This document shows, one piece after another, positions 38,097 through 50,054 of a DNA stretch of 64,000 nucleotides (the first letter of the stretch is position 1; each line of letters opens with the position of its first letter). The translations under genes and the position numbers were made by a program. The notes below the pieces were generated by a model that was not told where the DNA came from, did no database searches, and saw nothing but the letters and a program-made list of their open reading frames with translations. Origin of the DNA: Mobula hypostoma (taxonomy: Eukaryota); assembly GCF_963921235.1 (NCBI RefSeq), contig NC_086097.1, positions 107,324,001-107,388,000 on the forward strand, in the 5' to 3' direction.

Positions 38097-39119
38097 ATAG
38101 GCTCCTCTACGCAGCTGCCTAGCACTCTGAAAATTAAAATAAATGATGCCCACAAAGCAGGAGAAGGCTATAAGAAGATGGCAAAGTATTTTCAGGTAGC
38201 CGTTTCCTCAGTTCATAATGTAATTAAGAAATAGCAGTTAACAGGAATGGTGGAGAAGAAGTTGAGGTCTGGAAGACCAAGAAAACTTTCCAAGAGAACT
38301 GCTCATAGGATTGCTAGAAAGGCAAATCAAAACCCACGTTTGACTGCCAAAGACCTTCAGGAAGAATTAGCAGACTCTGGAGTGGTGGTACACTGTTCTA
38401 CTGTGCAACAACACCTGCACAAATATGACCTTCATGGAAGAGTCATCAGAAGAAAACCTTTCCTGCACCCTCACCACAAAATTCTGCATCAGAAGTTTGC
38501 AAAGGAACATCTAAACAAGCCTGTTGCATTTTGGAAACAAGTCCTATGGACTGATGAAGTTAAAATAGAACTTTTTGGCTGCAATGAGCAAAGGTATGTT
38601 TGGAGAAAAAAGGGTGCAGAATTTCATGAAAAGAACCCCTCTGCAACTGTTAAGCACGGGGGTGGATTGATCATGCTTTGGGCTTGTGTTGCAGCCAGTG
38701 GCAAGGGGAACATTTCACTGGTAGAGGGAAGAATGAATTCAATTAAATACCAGCAAATTCTGGAAGCAAACATCACACCGTCTGTAAAAAAGCTGAAGAT
38801 GAAAAGAGGATGGCTTTTACAACAGGATAATGATCCTAAACACACTTCAAAATCCACAATGGACTACCTCAAGAGGCACAAGCTGAAGGTTTTGCCATGG
38901 CCCTCACAGTCCCCTGACCTAAACATCATCGAAAATCTGTGGATAGACCTCAAAGGGGCAGTGCATGCAAGACAGCCCAAGAATCTCACAGAACTAGAAG
39001 CCTTTTGCAAGGAAGAATGGGCGAAAATCCCCCAAACAAGAATTGAAAGACTCTTAGCTGGCTACAGAAAGCGTTTACAAGCTGTGATACTTGCCAAAGA
39101 GGGTGTTACTAAGTACTGA
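38097..39119 (+). pseudogene. Tc1 transposase (340 codons, DD34E); start codon decayed to ATA and one internal TAG
   Basis: In-frame (I)GSSTQLPSTLKIKINDAHKAGEGYKK..KK*QLTG, GRPRK, WTDE, QQDNDPKH, WPSQSPDLNIIE with exactly 34 residues between the second D and E. Confidence 0.93.
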
Positions 39120-39841
39120 TCATGCAGGGTGCCCAAACTTTTGCTTCGGGCCCTTTTCCTTTTTTGTTATTTTGAAACTGTAAAAGATGGAAATAAGAAA
39201 GTAATCTTCCTTAAAATATTAAAGAAATGTGTCGTCTTTAACTCCATGCCTTTTGGAAATCAGGTCATCTTAACTCGCTTAACACAGTAACAGAAATTTT
39301 AACCAGGCGTGCCCAAACTTTTGCATGCCACTGTATAACAATAGGTAATGGTTTCTGCGCACATGGTAATATATTAACCTGGCATCACTGAAGAGAATAT
39401 ACATCAGTTTTCATGAAATAGTGCATGGTTTAATTACCAAATGCACGGTGAAGTCAACTTGGTCAATGTGTCTGAATTTTTAACAGCAAAACACAAAGGG
39501 GATTCATAGTAAAAGCAAGCAAGTTCAGCAAGTAAATTATATCTGTGACAGACAGTGATATTTGAAAAGTTGCATCTTGCCTCCAATGGAAATTTAATTT
39601 AAATATACTCTATGATTTAAAATTACTTTCTTAGTAATGCCTGTGAATGCATTCCAGGAGGCATCAGTATTAGACATATTAAGGATAATCAGCCATTTAT
39701 GTACTGACTGACATAACAACTATTTGGATTTCTACATTGTCATTCCTGGGCTAAAGGCAGTGTCATCCAGAATCTCCGCATGGACCAGAAATATCCTCAT
39801 CGTTCATTGGAAAGCTGCAATGTGGCAATGGTTGCAGGATA

Positions 39842-40192
39842 TAAACAGAAGATATTCTGCAGATGCTGGAAATCCACAGCACAAACACAAAATGCTGGAG
39901 GAACCAAGCAGGTTAAAATAAACAGTTAATGTTTCAGGCCAAGAACCTTCATCAGGATTGGAAAGAAAAGGGGAAGAAGCCAGAATAAGAAAGTTAGGGG
40001 GAGGGGAAGAAGTACAAGATAGAAGGTGATAGGTAAAGCCAGGTGAGGGGGAAGGTAAATGAAGTGAGAAGCTGCGAGGCGATAAAATGAATAGGCAAAG
40101 AGCTGAAAAAGAAGTAATCTATTAGGAGAGGAGAGGGAACCATGGGGGGAAGGGAAAGGAGGAGGGGCACCAGAGGAAAGTGATAGGTTGCA
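39842..40192 (-). mobile_element. PLE terminal-repeat fragment
   Basis: ttctgcagatgctggaaatcc..gtttcaggccaagaaccttcatcaggattgg followed by the purine-rich tract typical of the other copies. Confidence 0.7.
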
Positions 40193-40686
40193 GGTTGCAA
40201 TCCTTACTTGAAAATTCATTTTGTTGGGGTCAATTGACTGAAAGGCACCTCTTTTCAACTCATAGTTTTCTCTGATCTAAATAGGAAAAGGTCTGAAAAT
40301 GTACAGTTCGAGAAGTTGACCTTCACAAACCTAGGCTGGCATTGCAGGAACGAATTCTCTCAGTAATTTCCTGTATTCATAAACATTTTCACATTTTAAA
40401 TGAATTTAGATCACGCAGTGGTGACGTATAGCACTTTTTGATTTAAAATTGATTTAACCACTACTAAAATATGCTGAGCCATTTCCTGATCTAAAAATGC
40501 CAATCACGAAATTCAGCTGCATCTTTCTGATTGGCATCCTTGTTTGTACTTTAGTGTTTTCCCAGGGCCAGACAAGTATACAACAAAGTCTATTGTCATG
40601 CAATACAATTTGTCAGTGTGCTGGCCTAAATTGCAGCTTGCAGGTTGACACAATGACAGCTGTCTGTCCATCACAAAAATCTGCAA

Positions 40687-41334
40687 ACAACAGGAATTCT
40701 GCAGATGTTGGAAATTCAAGCAACACACATCAAAGTTGCTGGTGAACGCAGCAGGCCAGGCAGCATCTCTAGGAAGAGGTACAGTCGACGTTTCAGGCCA
40801 AGACCCTTCGTCAGGACTAACTGAAGGAAGAGTGAGCAAGAGATTTGAAAGTTGGACGGGGAGGAGGAGATCCAAAATGATAGGAGAAGACAGGAGGGGG
40901 AGGGATGGAGCCAAGAGCTGGACAGGTGATTGGCAAAAGGGATACGTGAGGATCATGGGACAAGAGGTCCGGGAAGAAAGACGGGGGGGGGACCCAGAGG
41001 ATGGGCAAGGGGTATAATCAGAGGGACAGAGGGAGAAAAAGGAGAGTGAGAGAAAGAATGTGTGTATAAAAATAAGTAACAGATGGGGTACGAGGGGGAG
41101 GTGGGGCCTAGCGGAAGTTAGAGAAGTCGATGTTCATGCCATCAGGTTGGAGGCTACCCAGACGGAATATAAGGTGTTGTTCCTCCAACCTGAGTGTGGC
41201 CTCATCTTTACAGTAGAGGAGGCTGTGGATAGACATGTCAGAATGGGAATGGGATGTGGAATTAAAATGTGTGGCCACTGGGAGATCCTGCTTTCTCTGG
41301 CGGACAGAGCGTAGGTGTTCAGCAAAGCATTCAG
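40687..41334 (-). mobile_element. Truncated Penelope-like element (GIY-YIG C-terminus and terminal repeat) with 13-bp TSD
   Basis: ORF 41108-41347 FAEHLRSVRQRKQDLPVATHFN..LEEQHLIFRLGSLQPDGMNIDFSNFR; caaaaatctgcaa at 40674-40686 and 41335-41347. Confidence 0.9.
40782..40820 (-). ncRNA. Minimal type I hammerhead ribozyme motif
   Basis: Minus strand agtc-CUGACGA-agg(gtcttgg)cct-GAAA-cg-UC^gact: intact core, stem I agtc/gact, stem II, palindromic ACGU stem III as in PLE minimal hammerheads. Confidence 0.75.
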
Positions 41335-41904
41335 CAAAAATCTGCAAGTCTGTTTTCTGAAGAACCTCCTTTAAGATGCTATTGAAAGGGCCACTCAGCT
41401 AACAACAGGAGATGTATGAAAGCAGCTCTGATCATTGCACTCATGATTTCCAAGGTGCTTGCTGTTTGTTAGAAGCTAACACATTATGCTTAATGGCCAA
41501 ACAACTTTCCTTAACTAATTATACAGGTGCCTCAGTGGCTATTCCAGTGGCAATAAAAAACAAAGTATTTTGAGTGTGAATTTTCAGGCACAGTTAGGCA
41601 GGGATCTGAAGGATCTCAGGGTGGGGAAGGATGAGGGAGAGGGTGAAAGGGAGAGATATGAAAGTACATGAGTGAAGACACTTTCTCCAGAGAGTACTCA
41701 GACGCACAAGATCTTAAATCAATCTCAGAACAGCAACATCTCTTTGAATTCAGGTTTTTTTCAATCATGGAATCAAAAAAGATTTGGGAGACTGAAGGAG
41801 ATTAGGCTCACTATTCCACTATTGATTGCTGAAGAATTACCTAGGTTAATCTTTCATCCAGAACTTGGAACTCACCCTCTTCAGGGCACAAAACAAACTC
41901 ATGT

Positions 41905-42415
41905 ACTATACAGAGCAGATGTATCGTGGAGAGTATTGTGACAGGCTGCATCACTGTCTGATGATGGGGGGGGGCGGGGGGGCTGCACGGTGGGGGTGCT
42001 ACTGACCAGGATCGAAATAAACTCCATCATGTGTACTTTCCTCCATAGCATCCAAGACATCTTCAACGCCTCAGAAAGGTGTTGTCTATTATTAAGGGAC
42101 CATCACCCAGGACATGCCCTCTTCTCATTGTTACCATTAGGAAGGAGGTGCAGAAGCCTGAAGCCTGAACAATTCAAGAACAGCTACGTCTCCTCTACCA
42201 TTCAATTCCTAAATGGACATTGAACACTACCTCACTTTTATTATTATTTCTGTTTTTGCACTATGTTTAATTTAACTATTTTATATAATTAGTTAAATAT
42301 ATATATATATCTAGTAATTGATTTTTGTCCATATTTATCATGTACTGCATTGTACTGCTGCCTCTAAGTTAGCAAATTTCATGACATATGCTGGTGATAT
42401 TAAACCTTATTCTGA
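41905..42415 (+). mobile_element. Degenerate Rex1/Babar 3' fragment
   Basis: VESIVTGCITV.., DHHPGHALFSLLPLGRR..FKNS; tail gatattaaaccttattctga. Confidence 0.7.
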
Positions 42416-42614
42416 AGGGCTTCTGTCTTTACGGTCCATTCAGGTGGTGGGTTCCTTCCATCCTCTGAGTGAAAATGATTTTCCTCATCTACTCTCTAAT
42501 ACTTCCACCAATTACTGTAGATCTCTTTTGACTCTCCTGCCAATAGGTCCTTTCTATTTACTCCATATAGCCCCCTCGTAATTTTATACCCATCAAACAG
42601 GTTCCGCCTAGGTC

Positions 42615-45600
42615 TCTTCTGTTCCTAAAGAGGCGACCTTACGCTACCCAGTCATTCCTTAGAGCTGCCTGGGAACATCTTCTATTCCAAAGGAAATGAC
42701 CTTAGGCTACCCAGTCATTCCTTAGAGCTGCCTGGGAACATCTTCTGTTCCTAAAGAGGTGACCTTAGGCTACCCAGTCATTCCTTAGAGCTGCCTGGGA
42801 ACATCTTCTGTTCCTAAAGAGGCGACCTTAGGCTACCCAGTCATTCCTTAGAGCTGCCTGGTAACATCTTCTGACCTTAGGCTACCCAGTCATTCCTTAG
42901 AGCTGCCTGGGAACATCTTCTGTTCCAAAGGAAATGACCTTAGGCTACCCAGTCATTCCTTAGAGCTGCCTGGCAACATCTTCTGTTCCAAAGGAAATGA
43001 CCTTAGGCTACCCAGTCATTCCTTAGAGCTGCCTGGGAACATCTTCTGTTCCAAAGGAAATGACATTAGGCTACCCAGTCATTCCTTAGAGCTGCCTGGC
43101 AACATCTTCTGTTCCAAAGGAAATGACCTTACGCTACCCAGTCATTCCTTAGAGCTGCCTGGGAACATCTTCTGTTCCAAAGGAAATGACCTTAGGCTAC
43201 CCAGTCATTCCTTAGAGCTGCCTGGGAACATCTTCTGTTCCTAAAGAGGCGACCTTAGGCTACCCAGTCGTTCCTTAGAGCTGCCTGGGAACATCTTCTG
43301 TTCCTAAAGAGGCGACCTTAGGCTACCCAGTCATTCCTTAGAGCTGCCTGGGAACATCTTCTGTTCCAAAGGAAATGACCTAAGGCTACCCAGTCATTCC
43401 TTAGAGCTGCCATTTTCTGGTCCTGGGAACATCTTCTGTTCCAAAGGAAATGACCTTACGCTACCCAGTCATTCCTTAGAGCTGCCTGGGAACATCTTCT
43501 GTTCCAAAGGAAATGACCTTAGGCTACCCAGTCATTCCTTAGAGCTGCCTGGGAACATCTTCTGTTCCAAAGGAAATGACCTTAGGCTACCCAGTCATTC
43601 CTTAGAGCTGCCATTTTCTGGTCCTGGGAACATCTTCTGTTCCTAAAGAGGCGACCTTAGGCTACCCAGTCATTCCTTAGAGCTGCCTGGGAACATCTTC
43701 TGTTCCAAAGGAAATGACCTTAGGCTACCCAGTCATTCCTTAGAGCTGCCTGGGAACATCTTCTGTTCCAAAGGAAATGACCTTAGGCTACCCAGTCATT
43801 CCTTAGAGCTGCCTGGGAACATCTTCTGTTCCAAAGGAAATGACCTTAGGCTACCCAGTCATTCCTTAGAGCTGCCTGGGAACATCTTCTGTTCCAAAGG
43901 AAATGACCTTAGGCTACCCAGTCATTCCTTAGAGCTGCCATTTTCTGGTCCTGGGAACATCTTCTGTTCCTAAAGAGGCGACCTTAGGCTACCCAGTCAT
44001 TCCTTAGAGCTGCCTGGGAACATCTTCTGTTCCTAAAGAGGCGACCTTAGGCTACCCAGTCATTCCTTAGAGCTGCCATTTTCTGGTCCTGGGAACATCT
44101 TCTGTTCCTAAAGAGGCGACCTTAGGCTACCCAGTCATTCCTTAGAGCTGCCTGGGAACATCTTCTGTTCCAAAGGAAATGACCTTAGGCTACCCAGTCA
44201 TTCCTTAGAGCTGCCATTTTCTGGTCCTGGGAACATCTTCTGTTCCAAAGGAAATGACCTTAGGCTACCCAGTCATTCCTTAGAGCTGCCTGGGAACATC
44301 TTCTGTTCCAAAGGAAATGACCTTAGGCTACCCAGTCATTCCTTAGAGCTGCCTGGGAACATCTTCTGTTCCAAAAGAAATGACCTTAGGCTACCCAGTC
44401 ATTCCTTAGAGCTGCCATTTTCTGGTCCTGGGAACATCTTCTGTTCCTAAAGAGGCGACCTTAGGCTACCCAGTCATTCCTTAGAGCTGCCTGGGAACAT
44501 CTTCTGTTCCAAAGGAAATGACCTTAGGCTACCCAGTCATTCCTTAGAGCTGCCTGGGAACATCTTCTGTTCCAAAGGAAATGACCTTAGGCTACCCAGT
44601 CATTCCTTAGAGCTGCCTGGGAACATCTTCTGTTCCAAAGGAAATGACCTTAGGCTACCCAGTCATTCCTTAGAGCTGCCTGGGAACATCTTCTGTTCCT
44701 AAAGAGGTGACCTTAGGCTACCCAGTCATTCCTTAGAGCTGCCTGGGAACATCTTCTGTTCCAAAAGAGGCGACCTTAGGCTACCCAGTCATTCCTTAGA
44801 GCTGCCTGGGAACATCTTCTGTTCCTAAAGAGGCGACCTTAGGCTACCCAGTCATTCCTTAGAGCTGCCATTTTCTGGTCCTGGGAACATCTTCTGTTCC
44901 TAAAGAGGCGACCTTAGGCTACCCAGTCATTCCTTAGAGCTGCCTGGGAACATCTTCTGTTCCAAAGGAAATGACCTTAGGCTACCTAGTCATTCCTTAG
45001 AGCTGCCATTTTCTGGTCCTGGGAACATCTTCTGTTCCAAAGGAAATGACCTTAGGCTACCCAGTCATTCCTTAGAGCTGCCTGGGAACATCTTCTGTTC
45101 CAAAGGAAATGACCTTAGGCTATCCAGTCATTCCTTAGAGCTGCCTGGGAACATCTTCTGTTCCAAAGGAAATGACCTTAGGCTACCCAGTCATTCCTTA
45201 GAGCTGCCTGGGAACATCTTCTGTTCCAAAGGAAATGACCTTAGGCTACCCAGTCATTCCTTAGAGCTGCCATTTTCTGGTCCTGGGAACATCTTCTGTT
45301 CCTAAAGAGGCGACCTTAGGCTACCCAGTCATTCCTTAGAGCTGCCTGGGAACATCTTCTGTTCCAAAGGAAATGACCTTAGGCTACCCAGTCATTCCTT
45401 AGAGCTGCCTGGGAACATCTTCTGTTCCAAAGGAAATGACCTTAGGCTACCCAGTCATTCCTTAGAGCTGCCTGGGAACATCTTCTGTTCCTAAAGAGGC
45501 GACCTTAGGCTACCCAGTCGTTCCTTAGAGCTGCCTGGGAACATCTTCTGTTCCTAAAGAGGCGACCTTAGGCTACCCAGTCATTCCTTAGAGCTGCCTG

Positions 45601-48253
45601 GGAACATCTTCTGTTCCAAAGGAAATGACCTAAGGCTACCCAGTCATTCCTTAGAGCTGCCATTTTCTGGTCCTGGGAACATCTTCTGTTCCAAAGGAAA
45701 TGACCTTACGCTACCCAGTCATTCCTTAGAGCTGCCTGGGAACATCTTCTGTTCCAAAGGAAATGACCTTAGGCTACCCAGTCATTCCTTAGAGCTGCCT
45801 GGGAACATCTTCTGTTCCAAAGGAAATGACCTTAGGCTACCCAGTCATTCCTTAGAGCTGCCATTTTCTGGTCCTGGGAACATCTTCTGTTCCTAAAGAG
45901 GCGACCTTAGGCTACCCAGTCATTCCTTAGAGCTGCCTGGGAACATCTTCTGTTCCAAAGGAAATGACCTTAGGCTACCCAGTCATTCCTTAGAGCTGCC
46001 TGGGAACATCTTCTGTTCCAAAGGAAATGACCTTAGGCTACCCAGTCATTCCTTAGAGCTGCCTGGGAACATCTTCTGTTCCAAAGGAAATGACCTTAGG
46101 CTACCCAGTCATTCCTTAGAGCTGCCTGGGAACATCTTCTGTTCCAAAGGAAATGACCTTAGGCTACCCAGTCATTCCTTAGAGCTGCCATTTTCTGGTC
46201 CTGGGAACATCTTCTGTTCCTAAAGAGGCGACCTTAGGCTACCCAGTCATTCCTTAGAGCTGCCTGGGAACATCTTCTGTTCCTAAAGAGGCGACCTTAG
46301 GCTACCCAGTCATTCCTTAGAGCTGCCATTTTCTGGTCCTGGGAACATCTTCTGTTCCTAAAGAGGCGACCTTAGGCTACCCAGTCATTCCTTAGAGCTG
46401 CCTGGGAACATCTTCTGTTCCAAAGGAAATGACCTTAGGCTACCCAGTCATTCCTTAGAGCTGCCATTTTCTGGTCCTGGGAACATCTTCTGTTCCAAAG
46501 GAAATGACCTTAGGCTACCCAGTCATTCCTTAGAGCTGCCTGGGAACATCTTCTGTTCCAAAGGAAATGACCTTAGGCTACCCAGTCATTCCTTAGAGCT
46601 GCCTGGGAACATCTTCTGTTCCAAAAGAAATGACCTTAGGCTACCCAGTCATTCCTTAGAGCTGCCATTTTCTGGTCCTGGGAACATCTTCTGTTCCTAA
46701 AGAGGCGACCTTAGGCTACCCAGTCATTCCTTAGAGCTGCCTGGGAACATCTTCTGTTCCAAAGGAAATGACCTTAGGCTACCCAGTCATTCCTTAGAGC
46801 TGCCTGGGAACATCTTCTGTTCCAAAGGAAATGACCTTAGGCTACCCAGTCATTCCTTAGAGCTGCCTGGGAACATCTTCTGTTCCTAAAGAGGTGACCT
46901 TAGGCTACCCAGTCATTCCTTAGAGCTGCCTGGGAACATCTTCTGTTCCTAAAGAGGCGACCTTAGGCTACCCAGTCATTCCTTAGAGCTGCCTGGGAAC
47001 ATCTTCTGTTCCTAAAGAGGCGACCTTAGGCTACCCAGTCATTCCTTAGAGCTGCCATTTTCTGGTCCTGGGAACATCTTCTGTTCCTAAAGAGGCGACC
47101 TTAGGCTACCCAGTCATTCCTTAGAGCTGCCTGGGAACATCTTCTGTTCCAAAGGAAATGACCTTAGGCTACCCAGTCATTCCTTAGAGCTGCCATTTTC
47201 TGGTCCTGGGAACATCTTCTGTTCCAAAGGAAATGACCTTAGGCTACCCAGTCATTCCTTAGAGCTGCCTGGGAACATCTTCTGTTCCAAAGGAAATGAC
47301 CTTAGGCTATCCAGTCATTCCTTAGAGCTGCCTGGGAACATCTTCTGTTCCAAAGGAAATGACCTTAGGCTACCCAGTCATTCCTTAGAGCTGCCTGGGA
47401 ACATCTTCTGTTCCAAAGGAAATGACCTTACGCTACCCAGTCATTCCTTAGAGCTGCCTGGGAACATCTTCTGTTCCAAAGGAAATGACCTTAGGCTACC
47501 CAGTCATTCCTTAGAGCTGCCTGGGAACATCTTCTGTTCCAAAGGAAATGACCTTAGGCTACCCAGTCATTCCTTAGAGCTGCCATTTTTTGGTCCTGGG
47601 AACATCTTCTGTTCCTAAAGAGGCGACCTTAGGCTACCCAGTCATTCCTTAGAGCTGCCTGGGAACATCTTCTGACCTTAGGCTACCCAGTCATTCCTTA
47701 GAGCTGCCTGGGAACATCTTCTGTTCCAAAGGAAATGACCTTAGGCTACCCAGTCATTCCTTAGAGCTGCCATTTTTTGGTCCTGGGAACATCTTCTGTT
47801 CCTAAAGAGGCGACCTTAGGCTACCCAGTCATTCCTTAGAGCTGCCTGGGAACATCTTCTGACCTTAGGCTACCCAGTCATTCCTTAGAGCTGCCTGGGA
47901 ACATCTTCTGTTCCAAAGGAAATGACCTTAGGCTACCCAGTCATTCCTTAGAGCTGCCATTTTCTGGTCCTGGGAACATCTTCTGTTCCAAAGGAAATGA
48001 CCTTAGGCTACCCAGTCATTCCTTAGAGCAGCTGTTTGGGAACATCTTCTGTTCCAAAGGAAATGACCTTAGGCTACCCAGTCATTCCTTAGAGCAGCTG
48101 TTTGGGAACATCTTCTGTTCCAAAGGAAATGACCTTAGGCTATCCAGTCATTCCTTAGAGCTGCCTGGTAACATCTTCTGTTCCAAAGGAAATGACCTTA
48201 GGCTATCCAGTCATTCCTTAGAGCTGCAGTTTTCTGGTGCTGGGAACATCTTC
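42615..48253. repeat. Minisatellite array (about 5.6 kb, roughly 85 units) of 63-bp units with 75-bp and 49-bp variants, derived from antisense CR1
   Basis: Unit ctgggaacatcttctgttcc[aaaggaaatg|taaagaggcg]accttaggctacccagtcattccttagagctgc, with or without cattttctggtc; flanks are degenerate antisense CR1. Confidence 0.97.
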
Positions 48254-48859
48254 ATGCATTTCTTCTGCATATCTTCCAGCACAATCTCTTATTCCATTAG
48301 AGATTAGGGACCAGAATTGCATTATTTACTAGCTAGGGCGCAGCCTCGCAGTTCTTACATTGAATGCTGTAACAAACAAAGAGGAGCATCACATATATCT
48401 TTGAAATGTGCATACCAACAGCTACAATGATTGGCAATGTCCACTAATTCTGTGGTGGCTTTTCCAGTAATGGGCACCATTTTCTTCCTTCAAGCAGCTA
48501 AGCTGATTAATATAACTTTGTCAGTACGTATCACTCTGTCTTGGAATTGAGAAAGGAATTTTGTTAGGGAATGTGTTGCAATGAACTCAAGTAGTATGTT
48601 TCCATTGCTGATTGTGTGTTTATGTGTGTGTAAGCTGAGTGATATTAGGGTGAGGCTTAGAATAATGCAAGCTGTGTAAGGTTGTGATATAACTTAGGGA
48701 TTTTAGGAGAGTGGAGAGTGGTGCTGACGTTGGTAGCTAGAATTTGTGGATGCCTGTGCATATGAGATAATTTGTTTTTCTACGTTTTATCCATCTCATT
48801 GCTGCTTTATTCTTGCTGATTTCATGAACCATCTCCTTCCAGAACAGTTTCTCTACCTG

Positions 48860-49195
48860 AAATCTATCGGATAATAGAGAGATTGGACGTGGAGAGGACG
48901 TTTCCCATATGGGCGAGCTAGGACCAGAGGGCACAGCCTCAGAATATGAGAACATCCCTTTCAAACACAGATGAAGAAGAATTTCTTCATTCAGAGGGTG
49001 ATGAATCTGTAGAATTCATTGCCACCACCAGCTGTGGAGGACAAGTCACATGGTATATTTAAAGTGAAGGTTGATAGGTGCTTAACGAGTAAAAGATTAC
49101 AGGGAGAAGGCAGAAGAATGGGGTTGAGAGGGATAATAAATCAGCCATGATGGAATGGAATAGCCTAATTCTGCTCCTATGACCTATGGTCTTAC
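48860..49195 (+). mobile_element. CR1 3' fragment
   Basis: ggaccagagggcacagcctcagaat..gaatttcttcattcagagggtgatgaatctgt..ctatggtctt. Confidence 0.8.
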
Positions 49196-49309
49196 AGTCT
49201 ACCTTGAATGGTTTCCTGGTGTCTACTACGATATACAAACTTGCCTTGGGAAATCTGACTAACCTTCAAAGTCATGATAAAACCATTGAATAGTTCTATA
49301 GACTCATTA

Positions 49310-50054
49310 TAACCGTATAACCATATAACAATTACAGCACAGAAACAGGCCATCTCAGCCCTTCTAGTCCATGCCAAACTCTTACTTTCACCTAGTCCCA
49401 CCGACCTGCACTCAGCCCATAACCCTTCATTCCTTTCCTGTCCATGTAGCTGTCCAATTTAACTTTAAACGACAACATCGAACCTGCCTCAACCACTTCT
49501 GCTGGAAGCTTGTTCCACACAGCTACCACTCTCTGAGTAAAGAAGTTCCCCATCATGTTACCTCTAAAGTTTTGTCCTTTAACTCTCAACTCATGTCCTC
49601 TTCTTTGAATCTCCCCCACTCTCAATGGAAAAAGCCTATCCACGTCAACTCTATCTATCCCCCTCATAATTTTAAATAGTTCTATCAAGTCCCCCCTCAA
49701 CCTTCTATGTTCCAAAGAATAAAGACCCAACTTGTTCAACCTTTCTCTGTAACTTAGGAGATGAAACCCAGGTAACATTCTAGTAAATCTTCTCTGTACT
49801 CTCTCTATTTTGTTGACATCTTTCCTATAATCCGGTGACCAAAACTGTACACAATACTCCAAATTTTGTCTCACCAATGCCTTGTACAATTTCAACATTA
49901 CATCCCAACTCCTATACTCAATGCTCTGATTTATAAAGGCCAGCATACCAAAAGCTTTCTTCACCACCCTGTCCACATGAGATTCCACCTTCAGGGAACT
50001 ATGCACCATTATTCCTAGATCCCTCTGTTCTACTGCATTCTTCAATGCCTTACC
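49310..50054 (-). mobile_element. 5'-truncated CR1 (RT C-terminus and tail)
   Basis: ORF 49392-50210: AVEQRDLG..LEYCVQFWSP..NFFTQRVV. Confidence 0.92.

Larger units (their letters stand above)
37741..39333 (+). mobile_element. Tc1-family DNA transposon, full length (1593 bp), IR/DR type
   Basis: TA flanks (37739-37740, 39334-39335); long imperfect inverted repeats each with outer and inner caaaagtttgggcac direct repeats; encodes transposase. Confidence 0.95.

Noticed and set aside
42615..48253. CRISPR-like or coding repeat array (units are multiples of 3)
   Set aside because: No unique spacers and no cas genes in a eukaryotic context; the ORF track shows no ORF of 60 aa or more in the array.
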